64,000 nt of DNA from the human T2T-CHM13v2.0 reference genome, Homo sapiens (GCF_009914755.1 NC_060927.1), one strand, 5' to 3'. Shown: positions 26,908 through 42,047, counted from the stretch's first letter. Notes: a model not told the origin generated them from the letters alone. A program made the numbers and translations.

Positions 26908-29599
26908 TAAAACGCCCTGGTAAAATCACTTACTGGGACTTTTCAGAATCTGTTTAGAAGTCATTCCATTACTCTTGAAATCCCTCTGCTTTATAGACTT
27001 TCTGAGAAATAAGGAAAGTCCATCTGCCTACTTGTCATAGAAATGGGTACTTTAGCAGTAAAATAGCCTGTTTACATACTGGCTCAAACTGTCAATGTAG
27101 GAAAAGGTTTCGTGTATTATAAAATGTTACAGAGCTAGAAAAAATATATACAAGTAATATATAGAGTGCATATATATGTACATATATATGATCTGTTCCT
27201 TGTCACAATATTTAACCCAAAGTGCTATTTACAGTAATGAATCAAAATGTCAGTCTTAAAAATATGAAGTGTCAAAGTGTTCCCACGTTGTAGAAAAGTT
27301 TGATGTGACAGTTTGTTAATCATATGACTATTCTATCAATGTGTCTCATAATGTCTTTTGCTCAACACTCTCGTAGGCTCCTCACACTTTTTTCATGAAT
27401 TCCTAGCTTAAGTTACTAACCCAAGGAGCACATTTGAGTTGCGTGTCTCCCACACCTCACACAAAGGCGGCTATGTTTTGCTGTACTTAAAACTGAATGG
27501 ATTTCACATTATTTTAGAGTGGTTTGATTTTGTGCCTGACGCATTTATGGATAGTAGCTTAAAAAATTTCTGTAATTTTGCTGTTTTCACTACAGAATCA
27601 TCAAATGAAACTTTAACTTATAGCGCGGATGTTTTTTGTTTCTCCAAAGTTTCCCAAGATATCAGATGTCCTTATTTGCTAGTGCCCATTCGTTGAACTT
27701 GGACACATTTTTGAATTTTTCTCAGCACATTGATGATCCCAACTTCTTTTTCCTACTAAAAGGGCAGAGTCTTAGAACATAAATATTATATATGTGGAAA
27801 AGGGCAACATAGTTTCTTTCGGGAGGATTTTTGGCCATGCTACTCACTAGTTCGTGGATCACACTTAATCTCTGTGCCTCCGTGTCTTCTGGAGAAAATT
27901 TAAGGGTGAAATTAGATTAGATCAGTGAATTTTTAAACTTATGCTCTAGAAGCCCTAGGATTCTGGGTAGAAATGAAGCTCCAATGATTGAGTGTGGGGT
28001 GGGCAGTGGGGACTCTGGGCCCTTCAAACCAAGCAGCTCTGCTATTCGCTTGTTAAAATTTAGAGTTTTATAAACTGTTTCACTTAAAGAAAGGTTCTAC
28101 TGCTTAACCTGCCTACCTGTTGGCATCACTGTCTTAAGTGATCTAGAGTCAGTGGCTTATTTCCCACAAGGATTCAGTGGGCAACTGTGGCAATAGTTCT
28201 TGGCTAACCTGGTCACTATGGAAGTTCTTTCCGTGGAAAAAGATTCTCCATCCTTCAATTTGAGATAAGATTTACTAATTGAGACCTCATTTGTTTCTGA
28301 TTTTAATCTTTGCATCATTTTAGTTTTAATAAACTAACTTTCCAACTTACCAGATTTTCGGGTTGACAAAGACCATTATTTAGAGAAACACAGGCAAAGG
28401 AAAGTCTAAAAGCTTTGGCTGGAATTTCAACTGCTTCTGGTCAAGAATATGAATTTTACTTTGTACGGCCAAAGCGTTTCAACCATTCTGGGGAGGTGGG
28501 TGAATGCCCACAACTTGAACTTTTCATTCCATTGCTTTCCATCCTCAAGTCTCTCCCTTCTTCTCCATACACATGCAACTACCACCACCACCATGGTTCT
28601 CTTCGCATGGCCTATGTATGTCCCCAGACATGGTGGAGCAGAAAAGTAAAAAGTTGTGATTTACAAACCAAGGTAGAGACTATAAGAAGAACAAAAATGA
28701 TTAAGGGGCATGAGTTAGTGACACTAACAAAAAGCCTTCATGTATCAACATAAAAAAATCAAATTGAAGAAAATATTTTTCATGGACAGAAAACCTACCC
28801 TAAAGACAGGAAAGAAGGTGAACGGCTATTTCACTAGATGCTGAAACATCATCTCCAAAGTTCCTCAGGAATCAAACTATGGGATTAGATTCAACTCTTT
28901 TAATAGCTGAAATCTAGAAGGGAGAGAGTGGTTACGTCTATAGTTTTATGAATGATGCTGAACTCTTTCTCACAATAAAATGCTCTTCTACTAACAAATT
29001 TAAAGACTTGAGCACCCAGAAACAGCAGTTGCATGCCAAGTCAGGAATATTCTTTTTTTAAGTCACATGTCAGCCACTGGGGATGCACCCGGGTTTAGGC
29101 TGGAGGTTGGAGAGGGTTCATCCAAAATCCATGCACAAGATATTTATCCAAAATTCTGGAGTGGTTCCTTGTTCATTCTCTGAAGAAATTGGTGAGATAA
29201 GGCAAGCATCCTAAACAAATGTTGAGCTCTAAAAATACAGTTTAAATAAAACAGAAAGCATTCTGAGTATAGTTTTGGCCAAAATAGAATAGTATAATAA
29301 ATCATTTGGCTGGAGGGTATGACATGAGAATAAACAAAAAAACAGCATGTTTGCTATCTTTTCTGTTTATTTTACTTATGCATCAACCCCCTTCTGCCTC
29401 CTTTTACTCCTTGCTAGAGTGTGGAAGGATCTTGAATTCAGGGCCTTGTCTGTCTTGTTTTTCAGCTGGCTGGAGTCACACTTGGCTTATTTATGAGCTC
29501 AATAAACATTATGAATGGATGAGCAATTTTGAAAGATTGACATATTGAAGGAAAAAAATGACGTGAATCTGAAAAATTCTGACATGGCCACTTCTAAAC

Positions 29600-29850
29600 T
29601 CTCTGGGACTTGTACTAAATGCTTATAGATTTAGGTAGCATTCTGAGCATTACCTCACTTATTCCTTTCAACCAGCCTCTGAGGAAGGTACTGTTATTAT
29701 CACCATTTCACAGAGGAAGAATTGAGATCCAGAGATGTTACATAATTTGCCCAAGGTTACATAATAATAATATAATAGCTAAAGCCAGGATATGAACTCA
29801 GGTAGTCTGGCTTCAGCAGCTTCTCTCTTAACTACGAAGCTATATTGTTT
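29600..29850 (-). mobile_element. MIR
   Basis: gaggaaggtactgttattatcaccatttcacagaggaagaattgag..ttgcccaaggttac. Confidence 0.8.
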
Positions 29851-31719
29851 CCACATGGTGATTATAATTATAACTGCCTGTTCTACTTTCCTGTACGTTG
29901 TGAGGCTGAGTTTAGGTGTGAAAGGATTAGGGAAGAAGTATATCAACTAGTGAAGGCGAGACAACACACAAACAACTATAACTTAAAGTAGATAGAAACT
30001 TGCAGAGAAAGTTCAGAGAAGAAAAAAGAACTATTATTTCCACCAGGGTGAAGGGCAGGAGTCAAAGAAGGCTTCCTGTGGGAAGTGACTTAGTTTGGCC
30101 TTGAATGAGTAGAATTATAGTAAAGGGAGATGCTTTCCAAGTAAACAGAATAAACAGTGGAAGAGATGCCAGTCTAATGCTGTTGAGTTTAGCAGATTCT
30201 TTCCGAAAGAGTGTGCGCTGAGAAGTGGGGAGTGGAGAGGGTTTGTGGTGGAAGGAGGTGGAAGCCCTGAGAAGGGATCTGAGTGGGAAGATGCAAGCGT
30301 TCCAAAAGCATATTCGCAATCTCTCTGGAGGTCAATCCTGGGCAAAATGTTGCTTTTGTCATGCTTTAACTCATTATTTTTTGATGCATTGTCCGCAAAG
30401 ACTAGTCCAAGGAGGTACCACTCCAGAAAGAGTGGCCACACGAGTCTGGAAAATGCTGCACCCTCTGGTGCTCTATTAGGTGCTGACAGTGCGTGTTAAC
30501 ATGCCCAGTCTTCGAGGAAGTCCCGTGAGACAGCAATCACCTTGCTTTCTTTGACTGTAGACCTGGTTTGTTGTTTTACTTTGAGCAAACCCCTGTTAAC
30601 ATCCCTCAGAAGACACACTTCAGGAGCCCTCTTCCAGCCAACCAGCTGGACTAATTTGTGTAAACTTTCCAACAAGTTGTGTGCTTCTGCTGAACACAGG
30701 TCATCTCAGAGTAAAACTTGCTCCATTCTCAGGACAGCCAACAGTCCCCTTTTGAAAGAAGTTAGAGCACGTTTGCCTATAGAAATTGTTATGTGTCAGT
30801 TAGAAAGCAAGCTGCATCCGAGGTAACAAACTTGAGGAGCTGCAGCCCCTCTGACGAAGTAAAAGTGAGAAGCAGGAAGTGAAGGAGTCTCAGCTCTTGA
30901 AATAAAATGTGCATACGGGTGAGAGTTGCCAACCACAAGAACTCTAGCTGGCTGCCCTGAGAACATATTAGGAGAAAACATGGTTAAAGTCGGCACCTGA
31001 CCTATTAGCTGCAGGGGCAGCTCATTATCTTTTTTATTCTTTCACCCTGCATTGGCCCGAAAGGGGAAGAGAGGCAGTAAGTGGACTGTAAAGAGTGCTT
31101 ATTCCACGCTGGGCAGGTCATTAGAATTGTCATGTCAAATTCCCTTCCTTAATCCCCTCAACTACCCAGTGGAGTCAGGATTATTAATCTCTTCCTCTAT
31201 ACGTGAGGACAGTGAATCCAGAGTGGCTTGCTGGTGCTGAATAGATCATGTTGTCTTACAACTTGAGCTTTTCCCTTGTTCCTTTCCCTATTTGTCTGCT
31301 GAACTCATCTGTCTCCAGGTTGTAAATGAGATTCTTCTCTGAAGAGCCTCTGAGCCCCCTGTAACTCTATTCTTGTATTGCATGACGATACTCTTGTTCT
31401 TTAGGTTTATACCTCTTTCTCCCCTTAAGACCTAAAACTCGATCTGGGTTACTCTAGAGCCCACAGGTTTATATTGCACTGCTCTGCCCACATTCCAGCC
31501 TTCTCCACTTTAACATATGACTTGATGATAGCTTTTCAGACCCAGTCCCTCACAAGATACCTCTTTTTCAACCCATTATTTTAGACCTTCTTTACTTGAC
31601 ATATTTTGAGTTTTCTGGATTCTAGGCTTCCTTATCGTTAGTGTCACTTTCCCCCCTTCTGTTACATGTCTGTTACCTTCTTGCTATTTGCTTAGGTCCT
31701 ACCTTAACTTTGAAGGAAC

Positions 31720-31880
31720 GCTTTTCAAACCCGGCCTGCATCGGAATTAGGAATCCCACCCTCAGAAGTTATGGTTTAGTAAACCTGAGAGAGTGTGGGA
31801 GAATTTGTATTGCACTCCCAGATGATCCTGAAACTGTCATTCTGTGGGCTTATGTTTATTAGCACTTCTTTAAAGCATAG
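31720..31880. mobile_element. MER5-family hAT MITE remnant
   Basis: ttttcaaac..gcatcggaat..cccaccctcaga..agaatttgtatt..ctcccagatgatcctga. Confidence 0.5.
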
Positions 31881-32027
31881 TTCAAGACCTCTGTTTTCCA
31901 GGATATTTAACTATCTTAGTCCAAAGTCTTTCCTTTCTTCCTTGCCTCCTTCTCTCTCTCCTCTTTGTCTTTTCTTCTTCTCTTCCTCCCTTCTTTCTCC
32001 CACCCTCCTCTCTCTTTCTTCTCATGA

Positions 32028-32249
<222 letters not shown>

Positions 32250-32279
32250 TAAGCCTGGTAAACACTTTTATTAGATAAG

Positions 32280-32510
32280 AGAGACAGTTTTGCATAAATG
32301 AACAAAAATCTAGATGAAAAGTTCTCGAATCCTGAATCACATCTTGCCATAACCTCTTACTAGCCGTGTGTTCTTGGACATCTTATGGACTGGAGTTTCC
32401 TTGTCTCTAAAATAATTATTCCATTTCCTTGTACTGCAGAAGCTCATGAAAAAGGTCAAATGAGATAGCGGGTGTATAAAGTGCTACACAAATGCAATGA
32501 TGCTAATAGT
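32280..32510 (+). mobile_element. MIR
   Basis: tactagccgtgtgttcttggaca..gtttccttgtctctaaaat..tcaaatgagatag..aaagtgct. Confidence 0.6.
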
Positions 32511-32883
32511 AAATTATTGTTGATGTTTTCTTTGTTTCTGTACAGTTGACTCATTTGCTTTATCATTAATGATGAGGCATGAAAGAAATGCTGCTTGTTT
32601 TTAATGAACTATGGAAGACTAGGTGGAGCTGACGGGATGTTGGGATTTCAGGAAAGCTCTTTTAGGTTTCTGGAAATGATACTCATACCAATAGTTGTGA
32701 GCTTAGGTTGAAGAGCAATGTTGTATTTATACTATAATTTTTCTTCAAATAAACTGTGATAAAGATTTTGAATATTACTTTCATATTCTGAACTTCTCAT
32801 GTACACTTGAAAAGAGTCATGAAATAGTAGTAGCGGTTGCCATTTATAGGGGTCGTAGGGTGTTGTTATGGTTAAATTTATAA

Positions 32884-33405
<522 letters not shown>

Positions 33406-35161
33406 CCTCTAGGTTTTCTTAAGAAAACCTATCTATTCCTCAAGTGCTTACTCTGCAAAGCCTAGGTCTGCCACCAAGGAATAAAAATATGGCTAAATGT
33501 ACTTCCTTTCCTCCCAGAGTTCACTGTTCAATAGGGGACACAAACACATAAATAACTAGCTCTTGCACCAAGCGAAATGTACAGTGCGACAAAGGAGAGG
33601 TACAGATAGTAGGCTGTGGGCCCGAAGGAGGGTTTCCGTGGGCGTGAGTATGAAGGAGGGGTTTCCTGAAGGAGGGGGTATTTGAACAACCCTTTTGAAG
33701 ACTAAAAGGATGTCCGCAAATGAAATTTAGGGTAGAAACATGCCAGAAAAAGGCACAGTGTTTTCAATACGCTAGGCATTTCTTAAACTATTTATAGCTG
33801 AGGTTATGGGAAAAGAGATAGTAGAAATATGAGAATATCTTCTCCAAAGATTCTATGCTAATATCCTGATCCATCTGACTATGCTTATTTGACTGCTTTT
33901 TGTGTTTGTCTTGTTCTTTACTGGATATCCTTTTTGCCGCTTCCTTTCTGGAATTTTCTTTCCTGGCCATTAGCCTCTCTCTCCTACACCGTTGCCTTAC
34001 TCTCACTGCCATACTCCTTTGGACATCCTCCTTCTCTTGTTTCCTAATACTTTTACATCCCCTTCCATCCTTTACTCCTTAGCTTTTGTTTTTATTTGCA
34101 GTGTTAAAGATAGCCTCTTTTTATTTCCCTGTAGTGATTAGATCGACGTGTTTACAATATGAACACACACGTTTTCTCTTCTTCAGGCTCTGAGTCATCG
34201 AGTTCACAATGCCATGTCTAGTCAGTACTTCTATGTGTGTATAGTGCCCATTGTGGCCGAGTAGAGATAAGGTCACTGGGGAAGAAAATAAATCGCTAAA
34301 ATCTGTTAGAATACGTCAGCTTCCAGGTTTGTCTGAGGATGCAGTGGAAACCACGTTCTGTGGCCAGCATGTCAGTAGCTTTTGATGATCAGAGCCTTCC
34401 ATTTTGATACTTTAAAATAATGTAATCTAAGTTCACATCAACTGAATCCAGACAGTTTCACCATCCACCACATTATTAATTCCAGATGGGAAAATTCATT
34501 AGGGCTCAAATTTTGTTTGAGACCCAACTGTTTTTTAAATTATTATTACAATTATTATCTATTTATTTTATTTATTTTTTTTTTTACAACTGATGGGAAG
34601 GGAAATTTAACAGCTGTGTGATTAGCAGGGCATGAAATTAAAAACGTTTTGCACAGAATCAAGAGGTTGTTTACTACAGAATTTGTCATCTGAGAATTAA
34701 GTGTCATTAAGACTGCCCACAGGATGATCTCTTTCACCATTCAAGCTTTGATTTCCACGCCCGGTTTTTTGCTAAAAGGCCTTTAACCTTTTCTGGAAGG
34801 AAAATGCATGTGGATTTATCACGAAGGTACCATCAGCATTTCAAATGCTAAGTCAAGGTAAAAACGACACTCTTGTCTGTCACAAAATAACAGTACAACT
34901 AGATGTTCAGCCTCACTGCTCTCAGCAAAGAGTGAGTTCCAATTTGAGGAAATCAGGTAAATTAGAAAAGGCTGCAGCTGGATTAGTGGCTTCACTCTTT
35001 CCCTCTAAAACTGTAGGAGTTTCATATTTCCATCAAGGCAGCTCAGGTCCCTAGAGCATGATGTTTACCCTTACATTTTCCTAGGTGTATGGGCTCTTTA
35101 CGTCTTTGGTCTCTTTGCAAACGCCCTCCTTCGACTGAGCTCTAGAAAGTACTCTGTCCTG

Positions 35162-35521
<360 letters not shown>

Positions 35522-35529
35522 TCAAGCAC

Positions 35530-35745
35530 ATTAGCTGGACTGTCTTGGTCGAGGTTTGAAGGCAATGCCATTTGCTTGGGCAAGTTACATGGACTCTCTG
35601 CAGTTCATTTGCCTCATCATCCTCCAACTTAATGAAGGTAATGACAGTATCTACCTCAAGGATTACTTTGGGGATTCAGAGTTATTACCAAAAATGTTTA
35701 AGGCCCTGCCCGACTCATTGTTTATGCTCAGTTAATGTTAGCTAT
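35530..35745 (+). mobile_element. MIR
   Basis: cttgggcaagttac..gtaatgacagtatctacctcaaggatt..gctcagttaatgttagcta. Confidence 0.65.
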
Positions 35746-37203
35746 CTCCATGCTTTTCAGTCAATATATTGCATTGTGTTTGGAAGTCTTCATATCTAGT
35801 TTCATACCTGACACAGACTTGCTTAACTTCTGCCCTGGAATCTTTTTGCTATCCCTGTCTTACTGTCTTTAATAGAGCCTTTCTTATTTGATACTTATTT
35901 ATATACTTGCCTTCGTTCGTTTTTTAGACAAATTTTATTTTCATATTTGTTGAATTAAACCAGACACAGCTTCTACACTTATGGGGTTTCCTTTCTGGGA
36001 GAATGGGGCTGGTGACAATTAATGCAGAAAACTTTTATTGGAGATAGACATGCAAAAACACTCAGAGATAGAGTTGAGGAATTTGTAGTCATTAGAGGAG
36101 AGAGATGTTAGTTTTGGCTGGGATTGGAGTTAAATGGAGAGAAAATAAAGGAAGACTTTCTGGAGGAGGAGGGTTTTGATCTGGAACCTGCACGCTCATT
36201 AGAATTTGAATTCGACCTGGCAGAAAGGGGAAAAGACTTCCCAGGCTGAGTGAAGTTTTGGAGCTGCACATTTTATTTTATTTTTCATATTTGTTTCCTG
36301 CTGCCCTCTGGCCACCATTCAGACCGTTTGGAGGCCTGTTATTGTAGGTGGGACCTAAGTTCCAGCACCAGTAGATGTGTGAGTGAGGCTTTTATAGTAT
36401 TGATGTCTTGTATTTAAAATGAACAGAGGAGGAAGCCCTGGAGTCCATTCTAATAAATGTATTTCAAAGGGGCTTTCTTCTTTTGTCTGAGTGAGAGGCA
36501 GGAATAGGAATGACAGAGGCAGCAAGTGTTGGATGTCTGTAGAAGAATCATAGAGTTCTCTTTAGAGCACTAAACAGAGGGCTAATAAAGGGCTATTGAG
36601 TCCTCCTTATGTTTTTTTCCTCTCTCAGATGAGTTTTAAGGGTAATAGAAGCGCTTTTTTTTTTTTTCCTGGTGACCTCTTAATCTTACTTTTCTCTCTT
36701 TATCTCTTCCTTTTCCTAGAAGCTAATATTAAAACCACTCTTGTCCTCTGCCATTAAAAATAAATCTGGGTAGGTTTCAGCAAGAGAGTATTTCCTAGAA
36801 TGCATTATATTCTGGGCAGTAGAAGTGTATGTTTAAATACTTTTCCTGTAGAAGGTCATTATGACAACAGAGGATGCCACCAGCAACCCTGCAGTATGTG
36901 GTGAATGTGTTTCCACGCTGTGTCTGTCTCGCCTCTGCTCTCTGCCATGTCAAGCTGATTTTAAGTTTACCGTCACTTTTAGTATGTGACTTGATGAGGC
37001 ACCATAATGTGTGTGTTGCTGGCCAAACATTACATGTCATGACTGTAGAATCATGAGACTGGAGTTTTAGCCTAGACCTTAGAACACGTACCTGCAAGAG
37101 GTAGTTATTCGAGCAGCAGTCTTTGTGAGACTGGAATTCAGGCACAGGGAACACTTGTTCCTAAGTTGCTGCCCCGTTGCTCAAAACATCTTGGTAATGT
37201 CTT

Positions 37204-38205
37204 TCTTTCTTTCTTTTCTTCTTCTTTTTTTTTTTTTTCACTCTGTTGAATGTTATCTTTTATTTTGTTTTTATTAAAAAATCAATTTCCAGCTTTATCA
37301 GGATATAATTGACGAAACAAAAGTTATGTATAGTTAAGGTATACAACATATTTTGAGGTACATTGCATTGTGAAATGATTACCCTAGTCAAGCTAATTAA
37401 CATAGGCATCACCTCACAGTTACCTTTCTGTGTATGTGGTGAGAACGTTTAAGATTTACTCTATTAGCAAATTTCAAGTGTACAATACAGTATTAACTAC
37501 AGCCACCGCACTGTGTATTAAATCTCCAGAATTATTCATTTGGTATCACTGGATCTCCCTTTGACCAAGAACCAAGATCTCCTCATTCCCCTGGTCCCGG
37601 TAGCCATCATTTTGCTCTGCTTCTATGTGTTTGACTTTTTTAATTTGCACATATCAGTGAGGTCACGCAGTGTTTGTTTTTCTGTGCCTGGCTTAGTTCC
37701 TTAAGCAACATTTCCTCCAGATTCATCCATCTTCTCGTAAATGACAGGATTTCCTTCTTTGTTAAGGCTGAATAACATTCCACGTGGTAATACACCGCAT
37801 TTTCTTTATTCACTCTTCAAATGATGGACATTTAGATCGATTCCACATCCTGGCTATTGTGAATAACGCAGCAGTGAACATGGGAGTGCAGGTGTCTCCT
37901 TGAGACACTGATTTTGCCTTAGAGGGGATTCTGGGGCTGGGCTCCGTGGTGAAGGGCACTCTCTTTCCCTCACCTGGAGGTTATGTCAGCGGTGTGCTGG
38001 GGGTTGTACAGGTCATGTTAAGCTGTCCTTCCTGCCTTCCTCAATGCGTCATTTCTTATTTCTATGTTCCACCCAGGTGCTGCACTCTCGCCTGAATTCC
38101 TTAACGTGTGTGAGGTATTTTGGTGTGTGGCTAGTTGTTTAGAAGTTTCTGAGAGGGAATGAGTGCTGGAAACTCTATTTTGTCATTTGCCAATGTAACC
38201 CCACA
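37204..38205 (-). mobile_element. Old L1MA9/10-type element: ~285-bp 5' end fused to ~650-bp 3' end
   Basis: L1MA 3' UTR at 37270-37917, L1-like 5' terminus at 37918-38202, T-tract at 37204-37238, candidate TSD TTGG.A.TGTCTT at 37191-37203 and 38206-38218. Confidence 0.7.
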
Positions 38206-38433
38206 TTGGAATTGTCTTCAGAGATAATGAAGAGCCACTGCTAAAATCACAGACTCATGAGATGTGAAAGCGGGGAATCTGTTTAGCTCACATGCGTGTG
38301 AGAAAGCTGAGACCCTGAGACAAATATTGGCCTGTGCTGCAGGCTTTCAGTTAGACAGGGACAGCATCAGTTCTCATTCCCTTGTTAGCTCTATGCCTGA
38401 TGTCTTCTCACTGTTTTGCTGCATTATAAATAA

Positions 38434-38732
<299 letters not shown>

Positions 38733-38960
38733 AGAAAGTTGATTCTTAGTTAAGCCTATGAATAGTTAGAAAAAAAAAAGAGAAGAGAGAAAGTTCCCCT
38801 TAGCATGGCCTATTATCACAGGGTATGTTTGTAGCAGAGGGAGAACCCAGTCCTTATAGAGTGGGTTATGGCTTCTTCTACATTCCAAGAAAATCTCAAG
38901 AAGTAGAAATCACTCTGAGTGTCAAATATTTTAGTTGCCTATTGTCACATCTATTATAAA

Positions 38961-39096
38961 ATAGATCTGGTATAGATAAAAATAGAGTTAAACATACTAG
39001 TTAATAGATATATCTGGTGTGGATAAAAATAGAATTTAGCATACTAGTTAATATATAAATATGATGTCGATAAAAATAGAGTTAAATGTACAAGTT
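38961..39096. repeat. 47-bp degenerate tandem repeat, ~2.9 copies
   Basis: Units start at 38961, 39008 and 39055 and share GATAAAAATAGA..TAC.AGTT. Confidence 0.9.
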
Positions 39097-40203
39097 CCTA
39101 ATTGGATTGTAGAACTTAACATTCAGGAGTAAGGATGCTGTCAAGTCTAAAGCTATGCCCTTATCCTAGTCAGTTGTTATATTCATGGCAGCCTTTTCTA
39201 AAATGTGCTCCATGAAATACTAGATTCATAAATGGTCAAATCACTGTGGGACTCTTGCTATTATTTCCACCCATTGTGGAGATTCTTGATGCATCCCCAA
39301 CAAGTTTAACTCTGAGAAGTCGAACAGGCAAAAGCAATAAGCACAACTTTCTTTTCTCTTATGTTAGATTCAGGTTTTGTCCAATTTATTTTATAATGGA
39401 ACCATTTTGTGGATGATTTCCCAGACTTGTGTTCTGTGGAACATTCTTTGGATAGCATGACTTTATTGTTAAAATTCTTAAGGTTCACATCTGTCATCTT
39501 ATAATAATCTTGTGTGAAATATAAAGTCATTTGGGCTAAACTGTAGACCTCCATCTGCCCTCCCTTCCCCACAGGAGAAATTACAGGTTTATTTAAGGAT
39601 CAAACAGTTTTGAAATGAAATGTTGTTAGGAGGGGGAAATAAAAACCTTTCAGAGCTTAATAATTGTAGAAAGAAGACAGTGTTATACCGGCCAAACCAA
39701 TTTTGTGAATTAGCACTTTAACTCAGAGAGTTGTTCCTGAAAATAGCTTGTTTTTAAGCAAAACTTTGTTGGCTTCTGGTGGTACACTTTTTCACCATCA
39801 AAGGCACAAATATGGGTGATTTTAAACTGTGGCATACTTTTTTTGCATTCAAAACCAGGGCTTGTGGAAGAAACAACACCCTTTTTTAACTTTTCAGAAA
39901 CAGTTGGCTTGACCATCATGGCTTTTTTTTTTCCCCTATGTCTTTAGGATATTAGCTTTTCGTTAAGCTGGAAGGGTCCTCAGAGATCTTGTCCAAGCCC
40001 ACCCTTGACAGATGAAGAAATAGAGGGCCAGAAGGCTTTAGTAATCTTTCCAAGTCTTTTTATTAGTTACTGACAAAATCAGAACTAAAGTCAAGGTCTC
40101 TTACTTACCTGTCATTTACCTGTTCAATGCCTCTTTTGTTTGTACACTCTGTTAAAAAGAAAGAGGTTAACTGTTTCTTTTGGTTATAACTGTTATACTA
40201 CAA

Positions 40204-40214
40204 ACACACACACA

Positions 40215-40276
<62 letters not shown>
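40204..40276. repeat. (CA)n(GA)n compound microsatellite
   Basis: Read directly from the sequence. Confidence 0.97.
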
Positions 40277-40879
40277 ACAGATGAAAGCCATGATTAGGAA
40301 CATTTTATGCTCAAGGTGAGAAGACCCTCTATAGGACCTCGAATGTCTTCTTTTCTAAAGAACTTCATCTACCTCGGGTCAGTCCTTTGATACTATTCAC
40401 TTTGAAAACTGGTTTACCTGAAAGGAAGAGGTGTGTGTGAAAGAGAGGGTCACCCGCCACATTTTATCTCTCTGTCTTATTTCAGGCAGACAGATTCACT
40501 ACATCAAGATGGTGTTTACAGTTATCGCCATGAGATGAACTAGCTCATCTCCAAGTGCTTAAGGGATATTGCCTGGTTATAAATCATCATGTGATTCTCT
40601 CTCCTCCCACCCCCATTTACAGCTTCTTTCTTCTTTCTCCACTGCCCATGTCTAAACCTGGGGAACTATCTCACTGCATAGACAGAAAAGGAAGGTCAGA
40701 TCCAAGGTAGATCTTTCTTTCTGCTAGGTTTAACCTAGTGATAGCAACAAAAACAGTTCTTATGCCTCTGAGTTTCTTGTTTTAGGCAGAAGCATTTGAT
40801 AGGTTGGGGATCACAGGAAAGTTTTTTTTTTTTTAAATTCTCCATTAAGAAGATGCTAATGTACTTGTGAAGGCAAGTA

Positions 40880-41130
40880 CATTAAGCTTAGTAATGGAAG
40901 ATATGGGTTCTAAGCTGCACCTCTCTGCCAACTAGTAGTGAGATCCTGGGGAAATCAAACAATCGTTTGGAACCACATGTGGCCTAGTCTTTTCATTATG
41001 ACTTCAGGAGTCATAATTCTTGTCTTGTCAACCTCCTGGGGTTGTTGTGAGGATTAAGTGAGATAATAGATATGAAAAGGCTTGTAAACTACAAAGCATC
41101 TCATACATATGTGTAAGGCATTGTTATTAT
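40880..41130 (+). mobile_element. MIR
   Basis: gggttcta..ctctgccaactag..gggttgttgtgaggattaagtgagataat..tgaaaaggcttgtaaact. Confidence 0.7.
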
Positions 41131-41455
41131 CAATAATAATAGCAACCACACACTGCTGCCTTTGAGCTAGGTACTGTTTTAAGTGCTTTCCGTCGATAAG
41201 CTCACTTAATTCTGACAGCAACTCTAGTGTACCAATGACCAGTGCTGGGCGCTGTGAATCAGCAGGACTGGCAGCTCACCCTGATTAGCTGGTGATTTCC
41301 TGTGTTCTTGGGCATGTCCTTTCCCTTCCCTAGGCCTGAATTTTACTCTTTGTAAAAGAATCACAGATTCAGGTTGGATGGAAGGATTCTTCTGTTCTGT
41401 CATTTGTGATTTTGTCAGGCAGTCATTGGCCCCACAGGCTAAGTCACTGATTATT

Positions 41456-41753
41456 TCTATTTATTTATTTATCTGAGACAGAGTCTCTCTCTGTTGCCCA
41501 GGCTGGAGTGCAGTGGCAGGATCTCGGCTCACTGCAACCTCCACCTTCCGGATTCAAGCAGTTCTCTGCCTCAGCCTCCCGAGTAGCTGGGATTACAGGT
41601 GCCTACCACCACACCCAGCTAATTTTTGTATTTTTAGTAGAGACGGGGTTTTACCGTCTTGGTATGACTGGTCTTGAACTCCTGACCTCTTGATTCACCT
41701 GCCTCGGCCTCCCAAAGTGTTGGGATTACAGGCGTGAGTCACCACACCTGGCC
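41456..41753 (-). mobile_element. AluS SINE
   Basis: Full dimer; TSD AGTCACT(G/A)ATTATT at 41442-41455 and 41754-41767. Confidence 0.92.
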
Positions 41754-42047
41754 AGTCACTAATTATTAATCACAGCCCACATTTAACTGAGTACAGTCAT
41801 TAGTTTCATTCTACAGCTATACAGAGAGCTCATGTAAATTCCTGAAGGCTGCACCGCGTACAAGTGGTGGGGCTGGAGTTCGCACGTTGCTCTTGTGCCC
41901 TGGAGTGATGGCAGCAAGATAGATGTGGGTAACTCTCTAGCGATCCCAGGTGTGTTATGTTGTCAGCATCCTCATCTAATCAACATGATGATTATCATTG
42001 GGCCTTTTAGGTTTTCAGTTGTTGTTATCATTTAACTCCTCAATTAG

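Noticed and set aside
27169-27190. 22-bp palindrome CATATATATGTACATATATATG (and an A/T palindrome at 20720-20737)
   Set aside because: Low-complexity AT sequence produces such palindromes trivially.
30457-30471. CTCF-like GCACCAGAGGGTGCA (minus)
   Set aside because: Mismatches at two informative positions; unsupported without ChIP data.
38961-39096. Possible CRISPR-like array
   Set aside because: Whole units are homologous with no unique spacers, no cas genes, and the context is primate DNA.
40460-40545. Strong acceptor tctctctgtcttatttcAG|G (similar one at ~34186)
   Set aside because: No convincing donor nearby; such acceptors are common by chance in T-rich introns.
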